This document shows positions 16,901 through 24,594 of a stretch of DNA of 64,000 bases, in pieces (the first letter of the stretch is position 1; every line of letters starts with the position of its first letter). The notes beneath the pieces were generated by a model. It was not told where the DNA came from and did not search any database. It saw only the letters and a list, made by a program, of their open reading frames with translations. Source of the stretch: a virus; the IMG/VR virus record IMGVR_UViG_3300045988_112022; one strand, 5' to 3'. Both the position numbers and the translations under genes were made by a program.

Positions 16901-18184
16901 CTGGATATCGCTTCAATGCACCCACACAGCACCATTGCTGAATGTCTGTTTGGAGTCAGATACACAACAGCATATAGAGAAATTGTCGAGGGACGTGTAT
17001 CTATCAAACATGAGGCCTGGGATATTGTCAATGATATGCTTGGCGGTAAACTTACGAAACATATCGAGAGGGTTAAGAATGGCGAGTTGACATCCGAAGA
17101 TCTTGCTAACGCACTCAAGACTGCAATCAACTCGGTATATGGCCTTACATCAGCTAACTTCGACAATCCGTTCAGGGATATTCGTAACAAAGATAATATC
17201 GTTGCCAAACGTGGCGCGCTGTTTATGGTGGATCTTAAACATGAGGTACAGAAGAGAGGATTTACTGTTGCTCATATCAAGACAGATTCCATTAAGATTC
17301 CGGATGCTACACCGGAGATTATCAAATTCGTCATGGACTTTGGTAAGCGGTATGGCTACACATTTGAGCATGAGGCTACTTACGATCGAATGTGTCTCGT
17401 AAATAATGCGGTTTATATTGCTAAGTATAAAGACCCAGATGAGTGTGTGGCTATGTATGGATATGCTCCAGGCGATAATAAGAAACATAAGAATAATCCA
17501 TGGACAGCTACCGGCAAGCAGTTTGCGGTTCCTTATGTATTCAAGACTTGTTTCAGCCGGGAACCAGTAACAATCAATGATATGAGAGAAACTTTCTCAG
17601 TGAAATCGGCTTTATATTTGGATATGAATGAGAAATTACCGGACGTATCTGAATACGAGAAGAAACTTGAGAAGTTGGAATCCGACTACAAGAAAGGCAA
17701 AATCTCAGATACCACGTTTGAACCGGAAGCTGGCGTACTGCAGGAGCTGATCAATGATGGTCATGACCGTAAATTCGTTGGTAAAGTCGGAGAATTCTGT
17801 CCGGTTAAACCTGGCAAGGGCGGTGGCATTCTCGTCAGAGAGCAGAATGGTAAATTCTACGCGGCTACCGGCACTACCGGATTCAGATGGCTTGAGGCAG
17901 AAATGCTGTTGAAGAAAACCGCAGAGATGGCGACGATTATCGATCCGGATACTGGAAAAGAGAAAAAGATATCTGGAGCAGAGCTGATTACTGGCAACGA
18001 CGGTATTATCGACCGATCATATTATGACAAACTCGTTAATGACGCCATCGAATCTATTTCTAAATATGGTGATTATGAATGGTTTATATCTGAAGATCCG
18101 TATATTCCTAAAGAAAAACCATTACCGGATTTTATGAATATTCCAGAAGGCACCGATGAAGAGGTAGAGTTACCTTGGAATTGA
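13961..18184 (+). CDS. replication polyprotein-like fusion: SF3/D5-type NTPase-helicase + AEP primase + family-B-like DNA polymerase with 3'-5' exonuclease
   Basis: Helicase: Walker A LYGSAGTGKST, FLFMGTNKP, GLLRRLID. AEP motifs: VIDFDIKD and SKSGAGIHLHY. Exonuclease motifs: FYDCEVFPN, FNCRRYDNH, YCDNDVLAT. Polymerase motifs: LLDIASMHPHS, KTAINSVYG, HIKTDS. Confidence 0.8.
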   Translation: MIDFMKISTRQVKKGVTEIFPKFVLKKSSDLMIRGGDFYAVWNEDTGLWSTDEEDVINMIDAALYEYTKKQEEHAIDELNTKYMWDSNSGSIDAWHKYCQKQMRDNYHPLDEKIIFGDTKTTKKDYASRTLSYPLRECDISGYERLMSTLYSPEERKKIEWAIGAVIEGDSKNIQKFMVLYGSAGTGKSTVLNIIQQLFEGYYSVFDAKALGSANNSFALEAFKANPLIAIQHDGDLSKIEDNTRLNSLVSHELMTVNEKFKSTYANRFNAFLFMGTNKPVKITDSKSGLLRRLIDVTPSGNKLDQREYSDCMDKIPFELPGIAYHCHQVYLANKHVYDSYVPTLMMGATNDFYNFMIDSFSVFKKNDGTTLKTAWEMYKVYCDETKVPYPYSQRVFKEELRNYFWNFDEEFDSESQARNVYSGFRLDKFEKDMRSEKKDDGEKTKGTIEFMEGISSKFDILAGDYLAQYANEKETPTKPWDVVTTRLHDINVHKLHYVKVPENHIVIDFDIKDESGNKSFEKNLAAASKWPATYAELSKSGAGIHLHYIYDGDSTLLNRLYDKDIEIKVFTGKSSLRRKLTKCNDLPIAHISSGLPLKEEGKKVINIEGFKNEQSLRTTIKRNLEKEYHHDTRSSVDFINKLLNDAYASDKAYDVSDMRNAVYSFAAQSTNQADYCLRLVSKMKFKSEEPAVALTNDEKPLVFYDCEVFPNLFLVNWKVQGEGKPIVRLINPRPQDIEELIKFRLVGFNCRRYDNHMLYACMMGYTNEQLYDLSQKIVNTKKGDSRKVLFGEAYNISYTDIYDFASAGNKKSLKKLEIEMGIHHQELGLPWDKPVPKELWQKVAEYCDNDVLATEAAWDYLKSDFIAREILADLAGLTVNDTTNTLTQRFIFGNNKHPQNEFQYRNLAEPVYELDPEVKAFLEKSCREMMAEPHGEACSLLPYFPGYKYENGVSTYRGEEVGEGGYVYAEPGMYGNVALLDIASMHPHSTIAECLFGVRYTTAYREIVEGRVSIKHEAWDIVNDMLGGKLTKHIERVKNGELTSEDLANALKTAINSVYGLTSANFDNPFRDIRNKDNIVAKRGALFMVDLKHEVQKRGFTVAHIKTDSIKIPDATPEIIKFVMDFGKRYGYTFEHEATYDRMCLVNNAVYIAKYKDPDECVAMYGYAPGDNKKHKNNPWTATGKQFAVPYVFKTCFSREPVTINDMRETFSVKSALYLDMNEKLPDVSEYEKKLEKLESDYKKGKISDTTFEPEAGVLQELINDGHDRKFVGKVGEFCPVKPGKGGGILVREQNGKFYAATGTTGFRWLEAEMLLKKTAEMATIIDPDTGKEKKISGAELITGNDGIIDRSYYDKLVNDAIESISKYGDYEWFISEDPYIPKEKPLPDFMNIPEGTDEEVELPWN
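16469..16534 (+). repeat. 66-nt segment of the polymerase Exo III region, duplicated at 19508-19573
   Basis: About 58 of 66 nt identical by hand alignment. Encodes KELWQKVAEYCDNDVLATEAA. Confidence 0.85.
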
Positions 18185-18187
18185 TAT

Positions 18188-18214
18188 TCGCGGAGAAATC
18201 CTTTCCTGTTATGA
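18188..18214 (+). promoter_or_regulatory. TCGCG-N16-TAATGA box, copy 16
   Basis: TCGCGGAGAAATCCTTTCCTGTTATGA. Confidence 0.45.
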
Positions 18215-18227
18215 AAGGAGTGATTTT

Positions 18228-18431
18228 ATGAAGCATTATTTAAAATCCAAAGATGGTGAGATTAAATACACAGTGGACATGTATTGTGAACATCCGAATA
18301 TGAAAAACAATAACACGGAAAGTGTTGGATGTAACGGTGCTTGCAGTGAATGTAAATATGGTATGGCGACCTTATCACTAAAGGATTTCTATGAAATAAT
18401 GAAGTACGCGAAAATTGACTTCATTCAATAA
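18228..18431 (+). CDS. small Cys-rich protein
   Basis: Track ORF with GAAAGGAG RBS. Confidence 0.6.
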   Translation: MKHYLKSKDGEIKYTVDMYCEHPNMKNNNTESVGCNGACSECKYGMATLSLKDFYEIMKYAKIDFIQ

Positions 18432-18438
18432 GCAAACT

Positions 18439-18476
18439 GAGAGTCTTGGCTAGAAATAGCTGAGGCTCTTTGTTTT
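18439..18476 (+). terminator. rho-independent terminator
   Basis: GAGAGTCTTGGCTA-GAAA-TAGCTGAGGCTCTT followed by TGTTTT. Confidence 0.6.
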
Positions 18477-18515
18477 ATACAAAATTATATTTATTTAAAG
18501 GAGATTAAAAGAATT

Positions 18516-18995
18516 ATGGAACTGACATTTGCACCAAGAGACATTTTACAGATTAACGACGCAAGAATCATTTACAGAAACCTCAGAGGAGAGGGGAGCA
18601 AATTCAATCGTGAGGGCGATCGCAACTTCGCTGTGGTTATTCCAAACCAGGAGCTCGCTGATGAACTTATCGATCGTGGCTGGAATGTGAAAATCAAAGA
18701 GCCGAGAGACGAAGGCGAAGAGCCATTCAGATATCTCCCGGTTAAAGTGAAATTCAATGATCGTGGACCGCAGGTATATTTAGTATCCGGCGGAGCACAT
18801 AGACATCTGGATGAAGAGCTTGTGTCCATGATTGATGAGATTGATATTCGCTCAGTCAATCTGGACGTAAGACCATATGACTGGGAAGTAAATGGTAAAA
18901 CTGGTCGTACTGCATATCTGCAGTCTATGGAGGTCATTCAGGAGATTGACAGATTTGCAGCAAGATATGCTGAGGAAGAAAGCCCAGAGGAGTGA
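18516..18995 (+). CDS. putative ssDNA-binding protein
   Basis: Lies in the replication module, 159 aa, with an acidic C-terminal tail AEEESPEE as in phage SSBs. Fold not verified. Confidence 0.45.
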   Translation: MELTFAPRDILQINDARIIYRNLRGEGSKFNREGDRNFAVVIPNQELADELIDRGWNVKIKEPRDEGEEPFRYLPVKVKFNDRGPQVYLVSGGAHRHLDEELVSMIDEIDIRSVNLDVRPYDWEVNGKTGRTAYLQSMEVIQEIDRFAARYAEEESPEE

Positions 18996-18997
18996 AC

Positions 18998-19207
18998 ATG
19001 ATCGTACGAGCATTCGAAGTCCGAGCACATAACAGGTATTTAGTATGTGATTTGGCAAGTAATTTGGACAAAGAATTACGGAATCTGCAGGAAGATGGCT
19101 GGAACATCATTTCAGTAACTGCAACGCCGGTTAAGGAATACTATTACCCAGATCACTTTGATTCAACGTTATTCACAATAGTTGCGTCTAAGAATGAAGA
19201 TAAATGA
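18998..19207 (+). CDS. hypothetical protein
   Basis: Track ORF 18992-19207. AGAGGAG RBS favours the ATG at 18998. Confidence 0.55.
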   Translation: MIVRAFEVRAHNRYLVCDLASNLDKELRNLQEDGWNIISVTATPVKEYYYPDHFDSTLFTIVASKNEDK

Positions 19208-19220
19208 GGGAGTGATATTT

Positions 19221-19364
19221 ATGAGTGACGGAGCAAAAATTGTTATAGCCGGAATCATGGCTTATACAATATATAGAGTCGCAGGAAAGTGTACGGACGC
19301 TAGGATTGCAATTGCAGCTATGAGATGCGGAGTTACTATGAAATTGGAAGAAAAGGAGAAATGA
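19221..19364 (+). CDS. 47-aa membrane peptide
   Basis: Track ORF 19182-19364. GAGGGAG RBS precedes the ATG at 19221. Confidence 0.5.
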   Translation: MSDGAKIVIAGIMAYTIYRVAGKCTDARIAIAAMRCGVTMKLEEKEK

Positions 19365-19366
19365 TT

Positions 19367-19849
19367 ATGAATATTTATTGTGATTTATGTGCAAATAAAG
19401 ACCGTAAGGAAACGTGCAGAACTTGTGTTAGTGGTATCCTTAACATGACAACAGACGGAGCTGAATATAGTTTACCTTCGAAATTCTCAGTCATTATTAA
19501 GCCTGCGCCAAAAGAATTACGGCAGAAGGTAGCGGAGTACTGTGACAACGATGTCCTGGCGACTAAAGCTGCGTTCAACAAATTATTCGGAACAGGCCTT
19601 ACGGTATCACCATATCAGAAGGCTATGTCCAGAATTAAAAATGTTATCTTCAATGATCCGGCTACAATTGTATTTTGGAGTGATGGCACTAAGACCGTTG
19701 TAAAATGCGGTAAGGATGACACATTTGATCCGGAGAAAGGTCTGGCTATGGCGATTTCTAAATACTTCTTTGATAATGCCGGATATTTCAATGATGTGTT
19801 TAAGAAGTGGATTCCTAAGAAAGGAGAAAGCGATGGAAAAGACCAGTGA
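19367..19849 (+). CDS. chimeric protein: Cys4 N-terminus + polymerase-derived 21-aa segment + conserved phage C-terminal domain
   Basis: Track ORF 19325-19849, with candidate ATGs at 19361 and 19367 after AAAGGAG. Contains KELRQKVAEYCDNDVLATKAA. Confidence 0.65.
   Translation: MNIYCDLCANKDRKETCRTCVSGILNMTTDGAEYSLPSKFSVIIKPAPKELRQKVAEYCDNDVLATKAAFNKLFGTGLTVSPYQKAMSRIKNVIFNDPATIVFWSDGTKTVVKCGKDDTFDPEKGLAMAISKYFFDNAGYFNDVFKKWIPKKGESDGKDQ
19508..19573 (+). repeat. second copy of the polymerase Exo III segment
   Basis: See 16469-16534. Confidence 0.85.
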
Positions 19850-20015
19850 TTCATTAATTATAGGTTATGATTCATCGGCGGGTAAGGACGGCACAGTTTT
19901 AATCGTGGGGCGTAAAAAACCCCGCGAAGCCGTCGATGTTATAAATGCTTTCGATGGAGAAGAAGCTCTTGAACTTTATAAAAAGTTGATTACACCAAAG
20001 GCGAAAAATGAGTAA
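19833..20015 (+). CDS. hypothetical protein
   Basis: Track ORF 19716-20015. AAAGGAGAAAG RBS precedes the ATG at 19833. Confidence 0.55.
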   Translation: MEKTSDSLIIGYDSSAGKDGTVLIVGRKKPREAVDVINAFDGEEALELYKKLITPKAKNE

Positions 20016-21244
20016 TGACAGATTTCTTACGTAATTATCAAATGGCAGCTGTGCATAAAATGAAAAACGGCTGTATTCTCAACGGGGGGACTGGTTCTGG
20101 TAAATCTAGGACCGGTCTCTATTATTATTTCAAAGAGAATGGTGGTAGCTTCCTTAATCAAGAATTTATTCCGATGAAAAATCCTCAGAATCTTTACATC
20201 ATTACAACGGCAATGAAACGAGATTCTCATGAATGGGATAGTGAACTGGCGAATTATAGAATATCTACAAACCCAGATAAAAATGAATTATATCCAGGAC
20301 AGACAGTAGTAATCGACTCTTGGAATAATATAAAGAAGTATATAGAAATAAAAGATGCGTTCTTTATATTTGATGAGGATAGAGTTACAGGATCTGGTGA
20401 ATGGGTAAAATCGTTTCAGAAAATCGCTAAAAACAACGACTGGATTATATTATCGGCAACTCCTGGCGATTGCTGGGCGGATTATATTCCGGTATTTGTG
20501 GCGAATGGGTTCTATAAAAATAAAACGGAATTTTGTAGAGAGCATGTGGTATATTCCAGATTTACCAAATATCCTCAGATAGACAGATATTTGAATGTAG
20601 GTAGACTAGTTAGACTGAGAAACAGAATACTGGTTGATATGGATTTTCAACGAACTACGGTACAGCATCATATGGATGTATATGCGACTTATGATATTCC
20701 TAAATACAAAGATGCTATAAGAAATCGTTGGGACCCATTTAAAAACGAGCCTATTCAGCAGGCATCTGGTCTTTGCTATGTTCTCAGAAGGATTGTAAAT
20801 ACGGATGAGTCAAGGGTTGTAGCTCTTATGGAGATATTAGAAAAAACTCCAAGGGCTATTATATTTTACAATTTTGACTATGAAAGAGAAATATTATTGC
20901 ATCTGTTTAGCGATGATGAATATATAGGTTACGAAGTAGCTGAATGGTCCGGACATGCTCATCAACCGGTACCATATGCAGATAGATGGATATATTTGGT
21001 TCAGTACACTGCTGGATGTGAGGGATGGAACTGCATTAGTACAGATACTATCATATTCTTCTCTCAAAATTACAGCTATAAAGTTACTGAGCAGGCGTGT
21101 GGACGAATAGATCGATTGAATACTCCATATCGCAATTTATATTTTTATCACATAAAGAGCAGATCTGGAATTGATATGGCAATTACCAAAGCCTTAAATA
21201 AGAAGAAAAAATTCAACGAAAGGAAGTTTGCTGGATGGGGGTAA
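20015..21244 (+). CDS. SF2 (DEAD/SNF2-like) helicase
   Basis: Motif I GGTGSGKS, motif II FIFDEDR, motif III SATPG, motif VI QACGRIDR. Confidence 0.8.
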   Translation: MTDFLRNYQMAAVHKMKNGCILNGGTGSGKSRTGLYYYFKENGGSFLNQEFIPMKNPQNLYIITTAMKRDSHEWDSELANYRISTNPDKNELYPGQTVVIDSWNNIKKYIEIKDAFFIFDEDRVTGSGEWVKSFQKIAKNNDWIILSATPGDCWADYIPVFVANGFYKNKTEFCREHVVYSRFTKYPQIDRYLNVGRLVRLRNRILVDMDFQRTTVQHHMDVYATYDIPKYKDAIRNRWDPFKNEPIQQASGLCYVLRRIVNTDESRVVALMEILEKTPRAIIFYNFDYEREILLHLFSDDEYIGYEVAEWSGHAHQPVPYADRWIYLVQYTAGCEGWNCISTDTIIFFSQNYSYKVTEQACGRIDRLNTPYRNLYFYHIKSRSGIDMAITKALNKKKKFNERKFAGWG

Positions 21245-21429
21245 AACTTGATCTAAATAAATTACACGCGATAATCAATAGAATCGCGGCGGAAAATCAT
21301 TTACCGCTTAATTATGATACGTTCAATGCTATTTGTAAAGGGTATGAGACTGGATATACACAGGCCTGCAATGATGCAATAAAAATGATGGACGAGAAAG
21401 GACTTCTACCACAGAATGGAGACAAATGA
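21235..21429 (+). CDS. hypothetical protein
   Basis: Track ORF, overlaps the helicase stop. Confidence 0.5.
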   Translation: MGVKLDLNKLHAIINRIAAENHLPLNYDTFNAICKGYETGYTQACNDAIKMMDEKGLLPQNGDK

Positions 21430-21598
21430 ATTCAAAGATGCTGTTATAGGTATTCCTAAAATTAAAAATGGTTCGCGGATCAGAATTGGCAGAGTCAGAA
21501 CCTTGAATATTAACGTAGATCATCACTTCAACTGGTTTCAGAAGAGAATGATTAAATGGTGTTTCGGTTTTACTGTGGAGGATTACAGTGAGGAATGA
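21416..21598 (+). CDS. hypothetical protein
   Basis: Track ORF. Confidence 0.45.
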   Translation: METNEFKDAVIGIPKIKNGSRIRIGRVRTLNINVDHHFNWFQKRMIKWCFGFTVEDYSEE

Positions 21599-21624
21599 CG
21601 CGAAAATCACAACTCCTTTAATGA
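21598..21624 (+). promoter_or_regulatory. TCGCG-N16-TAATGA box, copy 17 (ACGCG variant)
   Basis: ACGCGAAAATCACAACTCCTTTAATGA. Confidence 0.45.
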
Positions 21625-21641
21625 AAAGGAGGAATGGTGTT

Positions 21642-21896
21642 ATGACAGATTATGAATATTTATTTAGTATGAACTTACAGGCTAAACTTAAAGAGAAGAT
21701 TCAGGGAGCTATATATGTAAAAGTTAATGAAAACGACAGTCTGGTTATTAAGATCACAAGACGTGATGAAAATAATTTTGATATGTCATTTACAGATTTT
21801 TCAAATAAATTCCTTAATGGATTTTCTACAGATTACGCAGCTTATGAGGTACAAAAAAAATATCAAAAATTTGTAATGAAACAATTTTTCAAATGA
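21642..21896 (+). CDS. hypothetical protein
   Basis: Track ORF 21588-21896. AAAAGGAGG RBS precedes the ATG at 21642. Confidence 0.6.
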   Translation: MTDYEYLFSMNLQAKLKEKIQGAIYVKVNENDSLVIKITRRDENNFDMSFTDFSNKFLNGFSTDYAAYEVQKKYQKFVMKQFFK

Positions 21897-21903
21897 GTTA
21901 AAA

Positions 21904-21935
21904 GGCTCGGCGGAAACGTCGGGTCTTTTATTTTT
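21904..21935 (+). terminator. rho-independent terminator
   Basis: GGCTCGGCG-GAAA-CGTCGGGTC followed by TTTTATTTTT. Confidence 0.6.
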
Positions 21936-21955
21936 ATGAATAAGGAGAGATTCAA

Positions 21956-22429
21956 ATGCTGGCCAGAAGATACGAAACCAGACTTGACGAAGACGGATTA
22001 ATCACATTTGAAAAAGTTTGGTCGAAAAGAATTAACATTCATGTCGAGAAAAATGAATTCAAACATCCTGAGCATATTTATGAATTATGTAAAGCTCTTC
22101 GATTAGACACTTACTCAGAGGAGCATGTGTTTTTGCTCATGTTTGATACAAAAATGCACTTCAAATCTTTCATTGAGATTGGCGTTGGAGATGTTTCTGC
22201 AAGCGTTGTCGACAAGCGTGGAATAGCACAGAAGGTTCTCATATTTAACGCAACGGCATTTGTTTTAGTTCATAATCATCCTTCAGGGGATTCAACACCT
22301 AGTGTAGTAGACATTGCAACGGCTAAAACAATTTCAGAGCTTGGCGATTTAATTGGTATTCCATTTAAAGACATGATAATTCTTGGTGATGACAACTATA
22401 CCAGTTTAAAACAGGAAGGATACTTTTAG
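21956..22429 (+). CDS. RadC-like JAB/MPN domain protein
   Basis: LVHNHPSGDSTPSVVDIATAK is the classic RadC HxHPSG..PS..D signature. Confidence 0.85.
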   Translation: MLARRYETRLDEDGLITFEKVWSKRINIHVEKNEFKHPEHIYELCKALRLDTYSEEHVFLLMFDTKMHFKSFIEIGVGDVSASVVDKRGIAQKVLIFNATAFVLVHNHPSGDSTPSVVDIATAKTISELGDLIGIPFKDMIILGDDNYTSLKQEGYF

Positions 22430-22442
22430 GAGGTGTTTTCAT

Positions 22443-22934
22443 GTGAACTATCATAACATAACTACTGATGATATGCGGAACGGCGATGGGCTGCGGACAG
22501 TGCTCTGGGTGGCCGGATGCAATCATCATTGTAAAGGGTGTCAAAACCCTGTGACTTGGAATCCACATGACGGATTGATATTTGACGTTGAGGCTGAGCA
22601 GGAATTATATAGCAAAGTAAATAAGTCTTATATCAGTGGTGTCACTTTTTCTGGAGGAGATCCTTTATATCCGGAGAATAGGGACACCATTTTTCATTTG
22701 GCAAAATACATCAAAAAATATATGCCCGGTAAGACTGTTTGGTTGTATACCGGATATTTATGGGAAGAAATTCGAGATCTACCTGGTATGAAATGGATTG
22801 ATATTTTGGTAGATGGAGAATTCGTAGATGAGCTTTCCGATGTCACTTATCACTGGGCTGGCAGTACAAATCAGAGGGTGATCGATGTACAGGAGAGTTT
22901 AAGAACGGGGACGGTTGTTTTGAAAGGAGAGTAA
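22443..22934 (+). CDS. nrdG: anaerobic ribonucleotide reductase activating protein (radical SAM)
   Basis: GTG start after AGGAGG. NGDGLRTVLWVAGCNHHCKGCQNP...FSGGDPL...VDGEF...GSTNQRV is collinear with E. coli NrdG as I recall it. Confidence 0.88.
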   Translation: MNYHNITTDDMRNGDGLRTVLWVAGCNHHCKGCQNPVTWNPHDGLIFDVEAEQELYSKVNKSYISGVTFSGGDPLYPENRDTIFHLAKYIKKYMPGKTVWLYTGYLWEEIRDLPGMKWIDILVDGEFVDELSDVTYHWAGSTNQRVIDVQESLRTGTVVLKGE

Positions 22935-22937
22935 ACT

Positions 22938-23129
22938 GTGTTTGCAACATATTGTGTCGCATTTTGCATAATCGTTGCGATTTTTGTGATTAGTTTCGTT
23001 TTTTCATGGCTTATTGGTATTACAACCAACGATGATATCGATGAAAACATATTCTTCGCATGGGTATTATCATCTATCGGCTTTGGAATTTGTTTAACTT
23101 ATATCCTGTTTAATCGCGGAATTATATAA
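22938..23129 (+). CDS. small membrane protein
   Basis: Track ORF, GTG start after GAAAGGAGAG. Two TM helices. Confidence 0.55.
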   Translation: MFATYCVAFCIIVAIFVISFVFSWLIGITTNDDIDENIFFAWVLSSIGFGICLTYILFNRGII

Positions 23130-23146
23130 AAGGAGAGGAGAGTAGA

Positions 23147-23311
23147 ATGAACGTAACAATTGGATGGATTTTGCTGTTAATCACCATGAGTGTATTCATA
23201 ACTTTTGTATTCGGATATGATTTGGATCTTAAAGATAAGATTATATGTATCGTGGGAACGGATACTCTTGTTATCTTACTCGCAGTTGGTGTGTATTTGA
23301 TAGCTGGATAG
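23147..23311 (+). CDS. 54-aa membrane peptide
   Basis: Not in the track. AAAGGAGAGGAG RBS. Product MNVTIGWILLLITMSVFITFVFGYDLDLKDKIICIVGTDTLVILLAVGVYLIAG. Confidence 0.5.
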   Translation: MNVTIGWILLLITMSVFITFVFGYDLDLKDKIICIVGTDTLVILLAVGVYLIAG

Positions 23312-23325
23312 AACAGGAGGAGCAA

Positions 23326-23517
23326 ATGGAATACATATATAAAGAAGTAAATTTCTCAAAGTATTGTCCGTTATGTGAATATGCGGATTTATATGAGGAG
23401 AAAGACCCGTGCAACGAATGTTTAGGCATTCCCATGAACGAGCATTCAGAGAAGCCGGTTTGCTATAAACCTAACGAAAAGAAAATTAAAAAAGCAGAAA
23501 AGGAGAATACGAAATGA
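23326..23517 (+). CDS. small Cys-rich protein
   Basis: Track ORF 23245-23517. CAGGAGGAG RBS precedes the ATG at 23326. Motifs: CPLCE..CNEC. Confidence 0.55.
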   Translation: MEYIYKEVNFSKYCPLCEYADLYEEKDPCNECLGIPMNEHSEKPVCYKPNEKKIKKAEKENTK

Positions 23518-23756
23518 AAGTAAAGATTTTTGGAAGTGATGGCGATTCACTGGCACTGGAGAAAGCTGTAAATGATTTTATTAAGGATAAAGATGTAGTT
23601 GATATCAAATACACGACAACCTTCGTCATCAATAAATATGGTAACTTTGGAGTTCCGGATGGTGGCATATTCATCGATCGAGCTATGGTTATATGGAATC
23701 CAGATTCTAGCATTTTATATGCTGACGGACAAATGGTCGGCGTTGAAGGAGAGTAA
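23514..23756 (+). CDS. hypothetical protein
   Basis: Track ORF with AAAAGGAG RBS. Confidence 0.6.
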   Translation: MKVKIFGSDGDSLALEKAVNDFIKDKDVVDIKYTTTFVINKYGNFGVPDGGIFIDRAMVIWNPDSSILYADGQMVGVEGE

Positions 23757-23757
23757 T

Positions 23758-24024
23758 ATGCTCACATGGGTGTTTATATTTTTAGGGGCGGTCGGTTTAA
23801 CGGCTGTCCTTATTTTAATTGGATTGGCGATTGCCACATTAGAAGAAATTTGCAAAAGAGAGGTAATTGATAAGATGAGATGGAGAGATCCAGATCCGGG
23901 AAGAGATGGAAGAAGCGTAGAGCATGGTAAAGAAATCAAAAGAGATTTCATGAGTAGACCTGAACTGAGAAATAGAGAAGCAGAGAAATGGTTTAGAAGA
24001 AAACCTTATGGAAAGGAGAAATAA
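23758..24024 (+). CDS. membrane-anchored basic protein
   Basis: In-frame ATG at 23758 within track ORF 23599-24024, after GAAGGAGAG. N-terminal TM helix. Confidence 0.55.
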   Translation: MLTWVFIFLGAVGLTAVLILIGLAIATLEEICKREVIDKMRWRDPDPGRDGRSVEHGKEIKRDFMSRPELRNREAEKWFRRKPYGKEK

Positions 24025-24254
24025 TTATGACAGGAAATGAGTATCAGACGGCCTACTCCGCCCTGTACTTATTATCGGTAAATATAGGCGTTTGGATAGA
24101 TTGACAGGTTTAAAACCAGACTTTTGGATTACTGGAGATGATGATAGTCGTACAATGCTGACACTAGGTGCCAGCAAGGTCGGAGGAGTAGAACTCAACC
24201 GGATAGAGGATGTACTGAAAATTGTAGAGATATTAAGAGTGGAGGGAGAAGGAA

Positions 24255-24443
24255 ATGATTAAATTAGAAGTTGAGGAGTATTGCGATGACTGTCCGGAGT
24301 TTGACGCTCATATAGAGAAAGCGGTACTATTCGATGGTTATTCTAAGGAATATTGTAACACAAATATTACATGCGAGCATAAAGACAAATGTAAACGTTT
24401 AAAAGATATGATTGAAAAGGAGGTTAAGAAAAGAAATGATTAA
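24255..24443 (+). CDS. small Cys-rich protein
   Basis: Track ORF with GGAGGGAGAAGG RBS. Confidence 0.6.
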   Translation: MIKLEVEEYCDDCPEFDAHIEKAVLFDGYSKEYCNTNITCEHKDKCKRLKDMIEKEVKKRND

Positions 24444-24591
24444 ATGTAGAGATTGCAGGTTTGGCGGTCTTAAAGTTTTACTGGATAACGAATCAGCGCC
24501 TTGCCTCCGATTAGATGACGAAGAGTGCCCGAATTACAATGAAAAAACTGGCGAAATCGAAATGCGAAATGCTGAGAGAAGGGAAGAATAA
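24436..24591 (+). CDS. 51-aa Cys-rich peptide
   Basis: Not in the track. Product MIKCRDCRFGGLKVLLDNESAPCLRLDDEECPNYNEKTGEIEMRNAERREE. Confidence 0.45.
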   Translation: MIKCRDCRFGGLKVLLDNESAPCLRLDDEECPNYNEKTGEIEMRNAERREE

Positions 24592-24594
24592 AGG

